From contig CAYZPC010000004.1 in assembly GCA_964480705.1 (NCBI GenBank), forward strand, positions 387 to 64,386: a DNA stretch of 64,000 nucleotides. The letters are read 5' to 3'. The notes below the pieces were generated by a model. That model searched no databases. It was not told the origin of the DNA and saw nothing but the letters and a program-made list of their open reading frames with translations. Made by a program: the position numbers and the translations under genes. Source of the DNA: an uncultured archaeon. GTDB lineage: Archaea; Iainarchaeota; Iainarchaeia; Iainarchaeales; VGJJ01. Of this stretch, positions 28,020 to 37,928 are shown one piece after another (position 1 is the stretch's first letter; each line of letters starts with the position of its first letter).

Positions 28020-30026
28020 ATGTTTTCATGGACACGCGTCGCGCGACTCAGTGTAGCGGTGTTGCTCGCTTTCATCCTATTTTTTCCCGTCGCCACCGCA
28101 AACACGTCCACCACCACCGCCACATGGGTTCCGGGAGGAGATGTGGCATACACGGTCACACTCTCCTATCCGCAGTGTCCGCTCGCCAATGGAAACACCC
28201 AAATCCGCGCAGATGTAGAAGGAACCAACAACGGACAAATCATTGATGATGCCGTCGTGTATGCCACGATTCGAAAACCCGATTTGAGTACAACGGATGT
28301 CAATTTTTCAAACGATGGAAATGGAACGTACACGTACACGTACAACTTTGACCAAAATGGAACATACTTCATTGATGCAACCGCATTCAAATCTCCCTCA
28401 TCTTCAGGAGATGTGAATGGATATGTGTATCTAAACAACACGGATTTCAACATCACATTCATCAACAATGGATTCTCTCTCGACATTGGTGCGTTGGGAG
28501 AAATACAAAACTTTGTTTACAACACGGATGATGTGCTCGTGTTTGATTTGAACGCGAACACCACGCTCTATTATCCGAGCGGCTCTGTTGCGGATGCAAA
28601 CTTGACCATGACGCAAAATAATACCGGAGAATATGTTCGTTCATTCTTTGGACCATCTCCCGCAGGAAATTATTCCGTCACGAGCACATTCCAATGCGGC
28701 GCGCGCTATCACCAAAACACGGGAGGAACATTTACCGTAAACGCAGCCGCATCTTCCGGCGGGGGAAGCAGTGGCGGAGGAGATTCAGGCAGCGGGGGAG
28801 GCGGAGGAGGCGGTGGCGCGGGCGGTGGCGCAGGACCACGCTCACGCATTGTGTCCATTGACTTTCAACCGGTACTTGGAAAGGGAGCGCCTTCGCGAAT
28901 GCTCGCCACCGTACAAAATCTCACGAGCAGTGTAGTGGACTACACCCTCACTTACACCATTCAAACTCCCTCCGGACTTTTTTCAATAGGTGAAAGCGAC
29001 ATTATTGCAGTGGGGCCCTACGGCATAACAACCGTGGCAATCGAAGAAGCATTCATGCCCCTCGAGACAGGAACATACGTGCTCAACGCGGAATTATTCC
29101 GAATGAACACGATTGCACGCTTCGACACGTACGAACAAACGTATCTCGTGGAAGGAGAACACGCCGTTACATTAGACGTAGCGCCCTCTTCTGATAAAAC
29201 AGCCGTGGGACTAAGCTATCCCTTTTCCATTAATTTAGTCAACAATGGAGACTTCCTCGAAGAAAATGTTCAACTAACGTGGTATTTGATTAACGCGGAT
29301 GGAGAAGAATACATTCGCTCCACGCACAGCGTGGATCTTTCTCCCAATGAAACGGCGTCGCTTCCCTATTCTCCATTTATTCCCATCAATTCTCCCATGG
29401 GGCTGCACCAGTTAGTAGTGGAAATGCACGCCTATAATTTGACGCAAACTGCCACGGTCATTTTCACTGTGTCCTCGCCCAATGATTACTATTCGCAAGT
29501 CATCGCTGATTTAGAATTACGCATTTCTCAACTCGATGAAAAACTCGATGACTTATCTCAACGCGGATTTGACACGGCTGCGTTGGAATTAATTTTGCTC
29601 GACATTCGAACGGATGTGGCGCGCACCAAAGGAATGCTCCTCGCGGGAGAATTTGACACGCTAAATGACAACCTCATTGATTTATCCGGACGCGTAACGC
29701 GGTTAGCGGCAGAAGTGGACTCACTTGAGCAACAATCTCCCCTCCTCTCGCGCGAAGGACTCACTCTTCTGCTCTACATTGGCGCGGGGCTTTTGCTCGG
29801 AGCATTTGCGTGGCTGCTGCACTGGTTGTTGGAAAAAGAACGCAAGGAACGAGGCAAACGTGGGGGAGTAGTGCTTGTTCCCGCTTCTCCTGGCTGGCTC
29901 ACTTCCCTCTTAGGAGTGAATAATTGTTACATCCTCGCATCCGAACGCGAGAAGTTGAAGCGTAAGCCTTTAATAGACCGGATAATTGGATTGATGGAAG
30001 GTGAGTCTTCGCATGATAACCAGTGA
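28020..30026 (+). CDS. cell-surface protein with signal peptide, Gly-rich linker and C-terminal TM anchor
   Basis: Signal peptide MFSWTRVARLSVAVLLAFILFFPVATA; (G/S)-linker SGGGSSGGGDSGSGGGGGGGGAGGGAG; coiled-coil then TM LTLLLYIGAGLLLGAFAWLLHWLL + EKERKERGKRGG. Confidence 0.6.
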   Translation: MFSWTRVARLSVAVLLAFILFFPVATANTSTTTATWVPGGDVAYTVTLSYPQCPLANGNTQIRADVEGTNNGQIIDDAVVYATIRKPDLSTTDVNFSNDGNGTYTYTYNFDQNGTYFIDATAFKSPSSSGDVNGYVYLNNTDFNITFINNGFSLDIGALGEIQNFVYNTDDVLVFDLNANTTLYYPSGSVADANLTMTQNNTGEYVRSFFGPSPAGNYSVTSTFQCGARYHQNTGGTFTVNAAASSGGGSSGGGDSGSGGGGGGGGAGGGAGPRSRIVSIDFQPVLGKGAPSRMLATVQNLTSSVVDYTLTYTIQTPSGLFSIGESDIIAVGPYGITTVAIEEAFMPLETGTYVLNAELFRMNTIARFDTYEQTYLVEGEHAVTLDVAPSSDKTAVGLSYPFSINLVNNGDFLEENVQLTWYLINADGEEYIRSTHSVDLSPNETASLPYSPFIPINSPMGLHQLVVEMHAYNLTQTATVIFTVSSPNDYYSQVIADLELRISQLDEKLDDLSQRGFDTAALELILLDIRTDVARTKGMLLAGEFDTLNDNLIDLSGRVTRLAAEVDSLEQQSPLLSREGLTLLLYIGAGLLLGAFAWLLHWLLEKERKERGKRGGVVLVPASPGWLTSLLGVNNCYILASEREKLKRKPLIDRIIGLMEGESSHDNQ

Positions 30027-30285
30027 ACTCCTGATATCCGTTGGACTATTTGTGGTGCAAATGGTCATCGCCGTGTATCTCATACGCTATTCCAACCAGC
30101 AGCTCATGAAGAGCATTTCCGGCTTGCGAGACAAAAACTTAGAATTGATGAAACTCAACGCGCGATTAACCAAAACAGTCATCATGAATGAAGACAGCTT
30201 CCGAAAAGAACTCGATGGACTGCGCAAAGGTGCTCGATCAAGTGAGAAAACGGTTGTACAGCCTGTTGCGGCAAAGGCCGAGTGA
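30001..30285 (+). CDS. small TM + coiled-coil protein, tandem paralog 1
   Basis: 94 aa; shares the VAVYLIRYSNQQL core with the next ORF; 26-nt overlap with the upstream gene. Confidence 0.4.
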   Translation: MSLRMITSELLISVGLFVVQMVIAVYLIRYSNQQLMKSISGLRDKNLELMKLNARLTKTVIMNEDSFRKELDGLRKGARSSEKTVVQPVAAKAE

Positions 30286-30297
30286 GCGTGAGTTCAC

Positions 30298-30540
30298 ATG
30301 CCTTTCGCTGAAATCATTGTTTCGGTTGGATTCTTTGTCATGGCCATGCTCGTGGCCGTGTACCTCATACGCTATTCTAACCAGCAGCTCACGCGCTGCC
30401 TGACTTCATTGGAAGAAAAACACAATGAACTCGTTGATTTGAATGGAAAACTCGCCAAGCAAATATTTTCATCCGACAAAAAATTACGCGATGATTTAGA
30501 AGCCGTGAAACGCGCGCACAAGAAAGCAAACGCGTCATGA
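30298..30540 (+). CDS. small TM + coiled-coil protein, tandem paralog 2
   Basis: 80 aa; MPFAEIIVSVGFFVMAMLVAVYLIRYSNQQL…. Confidence 0.4.
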   Translation: MPFAEIIVSVGFFVMAMLVAVYLIRYSNQQLTRCLTSLEEKHNELVDLNGKLAKQIFSSDKKLRDDLEAVKRAHKKANAS

Positions 30541-30576
30541 TGTCGAATTAAAACACTTTTATTTTATTTTTCTACT

Positions 30577-31050
30577 ATGGGACAAGCCGAACGCGACAGA
30601 ATTCTAGAAAAATTCCGCGAAATGAACATTCCATTCGAACATCTCACGCATGAGCCCGTGTACACCAGTGAGCAAGCCATGCGCGCACGCAATGGAGAAT
30701 TGCACAATGGGGTGAAAGCTATGGTTTGCAAAACCGAACGCGGAACCATTCTCGCGCTATTGGCTGCGGACATGAAATTGGACATGGAAAAACTCGCGAA
30801 GTTAATTTTGTTCAAAAAATTATCCTTGGGAAGCAAAGAACGCGTACTCGCCGCGACAAACTGCGAACCCGGCTCGGTTCCCCCATTTGGTTTTGCGACA
30901 CCGCTTCCTACTTACATTGATGAATCCGTTTTCGACCACGAATGGGCGGAATTTAACATTGGTTTGCTCACGGAAAGCGTAAAGGTGCGCACCGAGGATT
31001 TGCGGAAAATACTGCCGCAGAAACTGCTTCAGTTTGCGGTGAAAGGGTAA
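30577..31050 (+). CDS. YbaK/ProX-type aminoacyl-tRNA deacylase
   Basis: 157 aa with YbaK-family hallmarks (…GVKAMVCKTERG…, GSVPPFGF). Confidence 0.65.
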   Translation: MGQAERDRILEKFREMNIPFEHLTHEPVYTSEQAMRARNGELHNGVKAMVCKTERGTILALLAADMKLDMEKLAKLILFKKLSLGSKERVLAATNCEPGSVPPFGFATPLPTYIDESVFDHEWAEFNIGLLTESVKVRTEDLRKILPQKLLQFAVKG

Positions 31051-31211
31051 CACCCCCCCAATTGCCGTTTTTTGGTCGGATTGAGAGTGTTTTCCAAAGG
31101 GTATTTTCCCAGCAAGCGAGGGGTTCGTTTATAATCCCTTCCCAGGGGTTTTCACGTATAACACGGCCAAAAAGGCCCAATGACCCCTGAAAAAGGGTGA
31201 GGTGAAACAAT

Positions 31212-31574
31212 ATGAGTACTGCATTTGAAGTTCCTGCCGAAGTCAAGGAAAAACAAGCCGAATTCTTGCAGGAATTAGTCAAAAAGAAAGGAAAAATCCG
31301 CATTGGTGTGAATGAAGTCACCAAAGCCATTGAGCGCGATACCGCAAAATTGGTTATTATTGCCAAAGACGTCAGCCCCGCTGAGCTTATCATGCACATC
31401 CCTTTGCTCTGCAAAGACAAGAAAGTTCCCTACTCCTACGCAGACACGCGAAAGGACTTAGGAACAGCCATCGGAATTGGAGTGGGAGCCGCTGCGGTTG
31501 CCATCACCGAAGCCGGGGACGCGCAACAAGGTTTAGAACAATTAATCAAAAAGGTCCAGGCACTGGCCAAGTAA
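31212..31574 (+). CDS. rpl7ae: ribosomal protein L7Ae
   Basis: 120 aa; KGKIRIGVNEVTKAIERDTAKLVIIAKDVSP…VPYSYADTRKDLGTAIGI. Confidence 0.9.
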   Translation: MSTAFEVPAEVKEKQAEFLQELVKKKGKIRIGVNEVTKAIERDTAKLVIIAKDVSPAELIMHIPLLCKDKKVPYSYADTRKDLGTAIGIGVGAAAVAITEAGDAQQGLEQLIKKVQALAK

Positions 31575-31589
31575 AAGGGATGATGACAC

Positions 31590-31799
31590 ATGGCTGAACT
31601 CGGAACACCGGCAGAAGTGGTCGAAGTCGTCAAACGCACAGGTGTGCACGGCGAAATTGCCCAAGTATTGTGCCGCATTTTAGACGGACCTGAAAAAGGA
31701 CGCGTAAAACGACGCAATGTCAAAGGAAACTTACGCGTGGGCGACAAACTCATTTTGTTAAACACGGAACGCGAAGCCAAGGAAATTCGCGCACACTAA
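31590..31799 (+). CDS. rps28e: ribosomal protein S28e
   Basis: 69 aa; [32 protein letters not shown]…. Confidence 0.85.
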   Translation: MAELGTPAEVVEVVKRTGVHGEIAQVLCRILDGPEKGRVKRRNVKGNLRVGDKLILLNTEREAKEIRAH

Positions 31800-31812
31800 G
31801 GGGGAATGAAAC

Positions 31813-32052
31813 ATGGACTGCTCATTTTGCGGAAAACTAATCCCTCGAGGAACCGGACTCATGTTCGTTCGAAAGACGGGACAAGTATACACGTTCTGCT
31901 CACGAAAGTGCGAACACAACATGATTCACTTAGGACGACAATCTCGAAAAACGCAGTGGACAAAAGACTACGCGAAAACAAAAACATCGAACATTGCCAT
32001 CCGAGCGCACGAGCAAGCCTCCAAAGCTTCTCCTGCAGCTGAGAAAAAATAG
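31813..32052 (+). CDS. rpl24e: ribosomal protein L24e
   Basis: CSFCGKLIPRGTGLMFVRKTGQVYTFCSRKCEHN zinc ribbon. Confidence 0.85.
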   Translation: MDCSFCGKLIPRGTGLMFVRKTGQVYTFCSRKCEHNMIHLGRQSRKTQWTKDYAKTKTSNIAIRAHEQASKASPAAEKK

Positions 32053-32066
32053 TGGTTGTGAATGCA

Positions 32067-32561
32067 ATGATGGAACGAACCCTCGTGTTGTTGAAGCCGG
32101 ACGCCGTGCAGCGTGCCCTCTCCGGAAGAATCATTCAACGATTTGAGGACGTGGGATTGAAAATCATTGGAATGAAAATGGTTCAAGCCTCGCGCGAACA
32201 CGCCACGACACACTACGCTGACGTGGGCGTGCGACGCGGACAAAAAATTCTCGACCAAAACGTGAACTTTTTGCAGGAAGGGCCGGTTATTGCACTCGTG
32301 CTAGAAGGAATTCAAGCAATCGAATTAGTCCGAAAAATGGTTGGAAGCACGGAATCAAAAGCCGCCCAACCCGGAACGATTCGCGGAGACTTTTCGCACC
32401 AAAGTTATGCGTACGCGGACGCACAAAACCAAGTCATCAAGAATTTGATTCACGCCTCTTCTTCATTGGATGATGCCAAAAAAGAAGTCGCCTTGTGGTT
32501 CAACGAAAGCGAATTGTGCAACTACAAAACCGTTCACGAAAAACACACGTTCGGAAAATAA
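32067..32561 (+). CDS. ndk: nucleoside diphosphate kinase
   Basis: ERTLVLLKPDAVQR…, active-site region NLIHASSS; canonical L7Ae-S28e-L24e-Ndk neighbourhood; ATG at 32067 preferred to the GTG at 32052. Confidence 0.9.
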   Translation: MMERTLVLLKPDAVQRALSGRIIQRFEDVGLKIIGMKMVQASREHATTHYADVGVRRGQKILDQNVNFLQEGPVIALVLEGIQAIELVRKMVGSTESKAAQPGTIRGDFSHQSYAYADAQNQVIKNLIHASSSLDDAKKEVALWFNESELCNYKTVHEKHTFGK

Positions 32562-32606
32562 CGTTTTATCAAAAAGTTTAATCAAAAAATATTTTTTGTT
32601 TGTATT

Positions 32607-32999
32607 TTATTCTTCTATTTTTTCGCTTGAATTATCTTCTTCCAAGTACATTTCTAATTTTTCAACAATGTTGTCCCATTTCATCATGAGATTTTTTCCC
32701 TGGTGATTTTTTGAAACTTCAATTTCACTAATGTTCGCCAAAATGTCATCCAACTCATCATTGAAATCAAATTTGGTGAAGGGTGTGAGAAAGTGGGCCG
32801 TTGCATTAATCGCATTAGGAGAAACGGGAGTGGATAAAATCATTCGCAACAGCAAAAAAGCCAAATCTTCTTTCATTTTCCGATTGCGCGTTCCTTTTGC
32901 TGAAAAATATTCGCGCAGTGCTTTCAGCTCACTCTCCACGTGAACGTGTTCCTCGGCATCGCTTTCGAGTTGGTCATTTTCGACTATTTTTTCAGTCAT
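32607..32999 (-). CDS. acidic hypothetical protein
   Basis: ~130 aa from an internal Met; no motif recognised; the longer track ORF would overlap dut. Confidence 0.3.
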   Translation of the reverse strand: MTEKIVENDQLESDAEEHVHVESELKALREYFSAKGTRNRKMKEDLAFLLLRMILSTPVSPNAINATAHFLTPFTKFDFNDELDDILANISEIEVSKNHQGKNLMMKWDNIVEKLEMYLEEDNSSEKIEE

Positions 33000-33034
33000 A
33001 CACATGCTTTTATTGCTCAAAATTATATTACGGT

Positions 33035-33460
33035 ATGCGGGTTCTCCTCCAAAAACTCTCGCCTGAAGCCATTTTGCCCAAATACGCCCTCGCACATGAC
33101 GCGGGAATGGACTTATTTTCAAACGAAACCATTGTTTTGCAGCCCCACGAAAAAAAAACCATCAAGACTGGAATTGCATTAGCCATTCCTCCCGGACACG
33201 TGGGGTTAGTCTGGGACAAAAGTGGTTTAGCGAGCAAATTTCACCTGCACACGTTTGCAGGAGTCATTGATGAAGCGTACCGCGGAGAACTGCAAGTCGT
33301 CTTAGGAAACTTTGGCACTGTCCCCTACACGATAGAAAAGGGAACCAAAATTGCCCAATTGCTCATTCAGCCCATTGTTCACGCTCAACTCGAAGAAGTA
33401 ACCTCTCTCGATCAAACTGAGCGCGGAACAGGCGGGTTTGGAAGCACGGGATTGCGCTAA
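33035..33460 (+). CDS. dut: dUTP diphosphatase
   Basis: dUTPase motifs AGMDL, GLVWDKSGL, IDEAYRGE, ERGTGGFGSTG. Confidence 0.8.
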   Translation: MRVLLQKLSPEAILPKYALAHDAGMDLFSNETIVLQPHEKKTIKTGIALAIPPGHVGLVWDKSGLASKFHLHTFAGVIDEAYRGELQVVLGNFGTVPYTIEKGTKIAQLLIQPIVHAQLEEVTSLDQTERGTGGFGSTGLR

Positions 33461-33519
33461 CGGCTCGTTCTCACGCACGCCCTGTGATGTTTTTAACTGC
33501 ATGAGGCGTATGTATTGCT

Positions 33520-34116
33520 ATGATTCTCTCCGATGGCGAAATCAAAGAACTCGTGCAGCAGGGAAACATCTACGTTCCCACGGACAACCACCCCATTGAG
33601 TTGGATTTACAAATGGGGCCCTCCTCATTGGACCTGCGATTGGGTCCCGAAATATTATTGTTTGACAACCACGCGATGCGACTCATTGACTTGTCCGAAA
33701 AAGCCCCTCCTCGCATGAGACGGGTGCAAATTGATGAAAAAGAAGGATTTGTTTTACACCCTGGTGAGTTTGTGTTGGGAACAACGGTTGAAGCGGTCAA
33801 AATTCCCGTAGAATTGGTGGGAAGACTCGAAGGACGCTCTTCCCTCGGGCGATTGGGGCTTGTAATTCACGCCACCGCCGGGTTCATCGATCCCGGTTTT
33901 GAGGGCCAAATCACGTTAGAAATGCAAAACATTGGGTCACAACCCCTGCTCTTACGGCCTTACCAGCGCGTGTGCCAACTCTGCTTCATCCGCATGAGCA
34001 AAGTCCCCGAAATGCCCTATTTCAAGAAGAAAGACAACAAATACCACGGCCAGTTTGGACCGGTGGCCTCGCGCATTGCCCGAGAACAGCGCCCCACGCG
34101 GGAAAATACGTTATAA
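33520..34116 (+). CDS. dcd: dCTP deaminase
   Basis: GRSSLGRLGLVIHATAGFIDPGFEGQITLEMQN. Confidence 0.85.
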   Translation: MILSDGEIKELVQQGNIYVPTDNHPIELDLQMGPSSLDLRLGPEILLFDNHAMRLIDLSEKAPPRMRRVQIDEKEGFVLHPGEFVLGTTVEAVKIPVELVGRLEGRSSLGRLGLVIHATAGFIDPGFEGQITLEMQNIGSQPLLLRPYQRVCQLCFIRMSKVPEMPYFKKKDNKYHGQFGPVASRIAREQRPTRENTL

Positions 34117-34248
34117 CCCTGCCCAACGCCACTTAGACTGATTTTTAAAGGATTTGGCGGGTCTTCAGTATAGAAGTTGTCGCTGGACCCACGTCGAAAT
34201 TGACAATCGACTCTGGCTGCAACCTGTATTCCGGGAAAGTGAAACCAG

Positions 34249-36030
34249 ATGTCTACTACACCAAACCAATTGCGCACGCCCATTGTCGCAGTCTTAGGAC
34301 ACGTGGACGCGGGAAAAACGAGTTTCCTCGACAAAGTTCGCTCCACCAACGTCGCGGCCAAAGAAGCCGGATTCATTACACAGCACATTGGAGCAACCGA
34401 AGTTCCGGTGCAAACCATCAAGGATATTGCCGGACCCCTCGTGCAAAAATTTGGATTCAACCTCAACATTCCCGGCCTTTTGTTCATTGACACGCCCGGT
34501 CACGAAGCATTTACTAATTTGCGCGAACGCGGAAGCAGCATTGCCGATTTGGCGGTGTTAATGGTGGACGCGCAAAAAGGATTGCAGCCGCAAACCAAAG
34601 AAGCCATGACCATTTTGCGCAACTACAAGGTGCCGTTCATCGTGTGCGTGAACAAAATAGACATCATTGATGGATATGACTCAAAATCGGGAAGTTTTTT
34701 GGCCAACCTCGCACAGCAAACACACGCAGTACAAGCAAAACTAGATGAACGATTGTACACGATTCTCGGAGAATTGTTTACCGCGGGATTTCAGAGCGAA
34801 CGCTTTGATCGAGTGCGCGACACCACAAAAGAAATTGCGATGATTCCCATTTGCGCAAACACCGGAGAAGGTTTGCCCGAGACACTTGTTTTCCTCGCGG
34901 GATTAGCTCAAAAGTTTTTGGAACAAAACCTCAAACTCGAAGCGAATGGTCCGGCGAAAGGAACGTGCTTAGAAGTGCGCGAAGAAAAAGGATTGGGAAC
35001 AACCTTGGATGTCATTTTGTATGATGGAAAATTGAGTGTGGGAGACGTGTTTGTCATCGCGGGAAAAAATGGTGTGATTGAAACAAAAGTCCGCGCACTC
35101 TTGCGGCCGAACGTGCTCACCGATATTCGTGCAGCGGAAAAGTTTGTAAACGTAAAAGAAGTGTACGCTGCCACCGGAGTAAAAATTTCTGCACCCAATT
35201 TAGACGAAGCATTGGCCGGAAGCCCATTCTTGGTTGTGAAAAATGGAAATGAAAAAGAAATAATTGAAAAAGAAGTCAAGCGCATCAAGATTGAAAGCGA
35301 TAGCATGGGAATCATTCTCAAAACAGACACGCTTGGAAGCCTCGAAGCATTAGTGAAACTCGTGCAATCGCACCAAATTAAAGTCAAGCGCGCCGACGTG
35401 GGAGAAGTCACGCGACGCGATATTATGGAAGCAGCCGCGATTCGAGCCAAAGAACCCTATTTAGGAGTCATTTTTGCATTCAACACTCTTGTACAGGATG
35501 CGGCGCGCAAAGACGCCCAACTCGCAAGCGTTCCCTTGTTTGAAAGCAACATTGTGTATTCCATCACCGAAGAATATGTGAAATGGGTTCAAACACAAGA
35601 AGCCGAGAAAAACAAACGCTTACTCGAACAAGCCATGTTCCCCGCTAAAATACAATTTTTGGCAGGATATGCGTTTCGAAATTCTAAACCCGCTGTAGTG
35701 GGTGTGCGCGTGCTCGAAGGGCGATTGAAAAATGGAATCGAACTCATGAATGAAAAAGGTGAACTCATTGGACGCGTTCAAGCAATACAATCCGAAAATG
35801 AATCCGTGAACATTGCACAAAAAAATGACGAAGTGGCCGTGTCCATCAGCGATGCGGTAGTCGGTCGAAACTTATTCGAAAATGATATTTTGTACACCGT
35901 GCTCACGCCCAACATGCTCCTCACACTCAAAAAAATAAACGCTCAACTCACGGAAGATGAAAAAGATTTACTCACACACATCACGACACAACTGACTTCA
36001 CACTCCTCAACAAATGAGAGGGAGGAATAA
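34249..36030 (+). CDS. infB: translation initiation factor aIF5B (IF-2 homolog)
   Basis: G-domain VLGHVDAGKTSFLD, DTPGHEAF, NKID; 593 aa. Confidence 0.9.
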   Translation: MSTTPNQLRTPIVAVLGHVDAGKTSFLDKVRSTNVAAKEAGFITQHIGATEVPVQTIKDIAGPLVQKFGFNLNIPGLLFIDTPGHEAFTNLRERGSSIADLAVLMVDAQKGLQPQTKEAMTILRNYKVPFIVCVNKIDIIDGYDSKSGSFLANLAQQTHAVQAKLDERLYTILGELFTAGFQSERFDRVRDTTKEIAMIPICANTGEGLPETLVFLAGLAQKFLEQNLKLEANGPAKGTCLEVREEKGLGTTLDVILYDGKLSVGDVFVIAGKNGVIETKVRALLRPNVLTDIRAAEKFVNVKEVYAATGVKISAPNLDEALAGSPFLVVKNGNEKEIIEKEVKRIKIESDSMGIILKTDTLGSLEALVKLVQSHQIKVKRADVGEVTRRDIMEAAAIRAKEPYLGVIFAFNTLVQDAARKDAQLASVPLFESNIVYSITEEYVKWVQTQEAEKNKRLLEQAMFPAKIQFLAGYAFRNSKPAVVGVRVLEGRLKNGIELMNEKGELIGRVQAIQSENESVNIAQKNDEVAVSISDAVVGRNLFENDILYTVLTPNMLLTLKKINAQLTEDEKDLLTHITTQLTSHSSTNEREE

Positions 36031-36033
36031 ACC

Positions 36034-36429
36034 ATGAACATAGTCGTATCAGACCCGAAAACAAGAAAGGCCCACGTCAAGAAAGTGGAAAGCATGCCCT
36101 ACCAGGGAGCTAAACTCGGACAAGAAGTGGATTTGAGTGAACTCGGGTTAGACGGGTACAAAGGAATCATTACCGGAGGAAGCGACAAAACAGGAACGCC
36201 CATGCGAACCAACTTTCCCGGAACCGGACGAAAAAAATTACTCATCTATCCGGGTGTGGGATTCCGAAAAGGAGAGAAAGGAGAACGACGCAAACGACCC
36301 TTGCGCGGAAACGTGGTGGCGAATGATATCCATCAATTGAATATCAAAGTCACACATCACGGAAGCCAGACGCTGGACGAGTTATTGCCGATGGCCCCCA
36401 AAGAAAAGAAGGAAGCCAAGAAAGAATAA
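36034..36429 (+). CDS. rps6e: ribosomal protein S6e
   Basis: 131 aa; …GYKGIITGGSDKTGTPMR…. Confidence 0.8.
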   Translation: MNIVVSDPKTRKAHVKKVESMPYQGAKLGQEVDLSELGLDGYKGIITGGSDKTGTPMRTNFPGTGRKKLLIYPGVGFRKGEKGERRKRPLRGNVVANDIHQLNIKVTHHGSQTLDELLPMAPKEKKEAKKE

Positions 36430-36528
36430 CCGTGAAGTTACCCATTAAGCCAATTACCCATCCAAAAGGCAGTTCCTATTGGCCGCGGGGATTGGCTTAA
36501 AGAAACTTCCCACCCCTTTCCACGTAAT

Positions 36529-37926
36529 ATGCCCCGCACAAAGAAAACAACCGAACCTGTCGCAGGCGAACAACCCCCCGTCTTGGAAAAAGTTCCAAAG
36601 ACACGAAAAAAGGGAGGGCTTTCTTCCGCAGGAGCTGCATTGGCAGCCCAATCCGATGAAAATGAAACCAAGACAAGTGAAAAAACAACTCACGCTCAAC
36701 CGAGTGCACACGCTCAACCGGGGAAAACACGCGCACACGATGATGTATTGCAAGCCGAAGTCAACATTGGACTCACAGGTCATGTGGATCATGGTAAAAC
36801 GAGTTTGACGAAAGCGCTGAGCGGAAAATGGACTGACACGCACTCGGAAGAACTGAAGAGAGGAATCTCCATCCGATTAGGTTACGCGGACACGACATTC
36901 TATGAATACGCGGGAAAAAATTCTCCTGAAAAATTTGGCGTGCATGCGGAAAAAGATGGAGTAAAAGGAAAAGTTCTGCGAAAAGTCTCCTTCATTGATG
37001 CGCCGGGACACGAAACACTCATGACAACGATGCTCTCCGGCGCTGCGTTGATGAATGGTGCTCTTCTCGTTATTGCCGCTAATGAAACATGCCCGCAACC
37101 CCGCACGGCCGAACACTTAATGGCCTTACAAATCGGGGGAATCAAAAATATTATTGTGGTGCAAAACAAAGTGGATTTAGTCGACAAAAAACGTGCCCTC
37201 GAGTCACACAACGAGATTAAAAAATTCTTGAAAGAATACGGGTATGAAAACGCGCCCATTGTTCCCATTTCAGCTAATTTTAATGCCAACATTGACGCGC
37301 TGATTAATACTATCCAACAGCACATTCCCACTCCCGCATTCGAGGAAAAAAAACCCTTGAAAATGTACATCTCCCGCTCATTCGACGTCAACAAACCGGG
37401 AACGCCCATTGAAAAATTACAAGGAGGCGTGTTAGGAGGAAGTATCGTGCAGGGAACTCTCTCTCCACATCAAAAAGTAGAAATCACTCCCGGAGTAAAT
37501 GGAAAACCCATTCAAATTGAAGCATTATCCCTCAACATTGCAACCGGACACTTGAATCAAGCACGCCCCGGCGGACTAATCGCAATGGGAACGATGCTCG
37601 ACCCAGGAATTACAAGCATGGACAAATTCAAAGGACAAATTGTCTGCGCCCCCGGTTCATTGCCCGCGCCAACGGATTATTTGAGCATTGATTTCAACGA
37701 GCTTCCCCGATTGCTAGGAGAAAAACTTCCATTCCCCCACACGAAAGAGCTCATGGTGCTTACGATTGGAACCAACACATTAGTGGGAGAAATTTCTCTC
37801 GTGAAAAAAAATCAGATTGACATGATTCTGAAAGGAAAAATGACGATTGAAAAAGGACAAAAAATTGCCATTTCCCGCCGAGATAAGGCGGGATGGCGAC
37901 TCGCAGGATGGGGCGTGGCGCGATAA
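36529..37926 (+). CDS. eif2g: translation initiation factor aIF2 gamma subunit, with an unusual ~75-aa Lys/Thr/Ala-rich N-terminal extension
   Basis: VNIGLTGHVDHGKTSL, DAPGHE, NKVD, Cys knuckle CPQPRTAEH; the extension has no canonical internal start. Confidence 0.85.
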   Translation: MPRTKKTTEPVAGEQPPVLEKVPKTRKKGGLSSAGAALAAQSDENETKTSEKTTHAQPSAHAQPGKTRAHDDVLQAEVNIGLTGHVDHGKTSLTKALSGKWTDTHSEELKRGISIRLGYADTTFYEYAGKNSPEKFGVHAEKDGVKGKVLRKVSFIDAPGHETLMTTMLSGAALMNGALLVIAANETCPQPRTAEHLMALQIGGIKNIIVVQNKVDLVDKKRALESHNEIKKFLKEYGYENAPIVPISANFNANIDALINTIQQHIPTPAFEEKKPLKMYISRSFDVNKPGTPIEKLQGGVLGGSIVQGTLSPHQKVEITPGVNGKPIQIEALSLNIATGHLNQARPGGLIAMGTMLDPGITSMDKFKGQIVCAPGSLPAPTDYLSIDFNELPRLLGEKLPFPHTKELMVLTIGTNTLVGEISLVKKNQIDMILKGKMTIEKGQKIAISRRDKAGWRLAGWGVAR

Positions 37927-37928
37927 TA

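Noticed and set aside
28740-28850. Short GGCGGAGGAGGCGGTGGCG-type nucleotide repeats
   Set aside because: They encode the Gly-rich linker of the surface protein and are not CRISPR or satellite repeats
31051-31211. Possible tRNA in the spacer upstream of L7Ae (GGGGTTCGTTT…)
   Set aside because: No cloverleaf could be built (no acceptor/T-arm complementarity); interpreted instead as promoter/5'UTR with a k-turn-like element
34908-35450. 180-aa minus-strand ORF inside infB, and similar ones (36900..37409 in eif2g, 46797..47393 in dnaK, 48533..49078 in dnaJ)
   Set aside because: Antisense to confidently identified conserved genes
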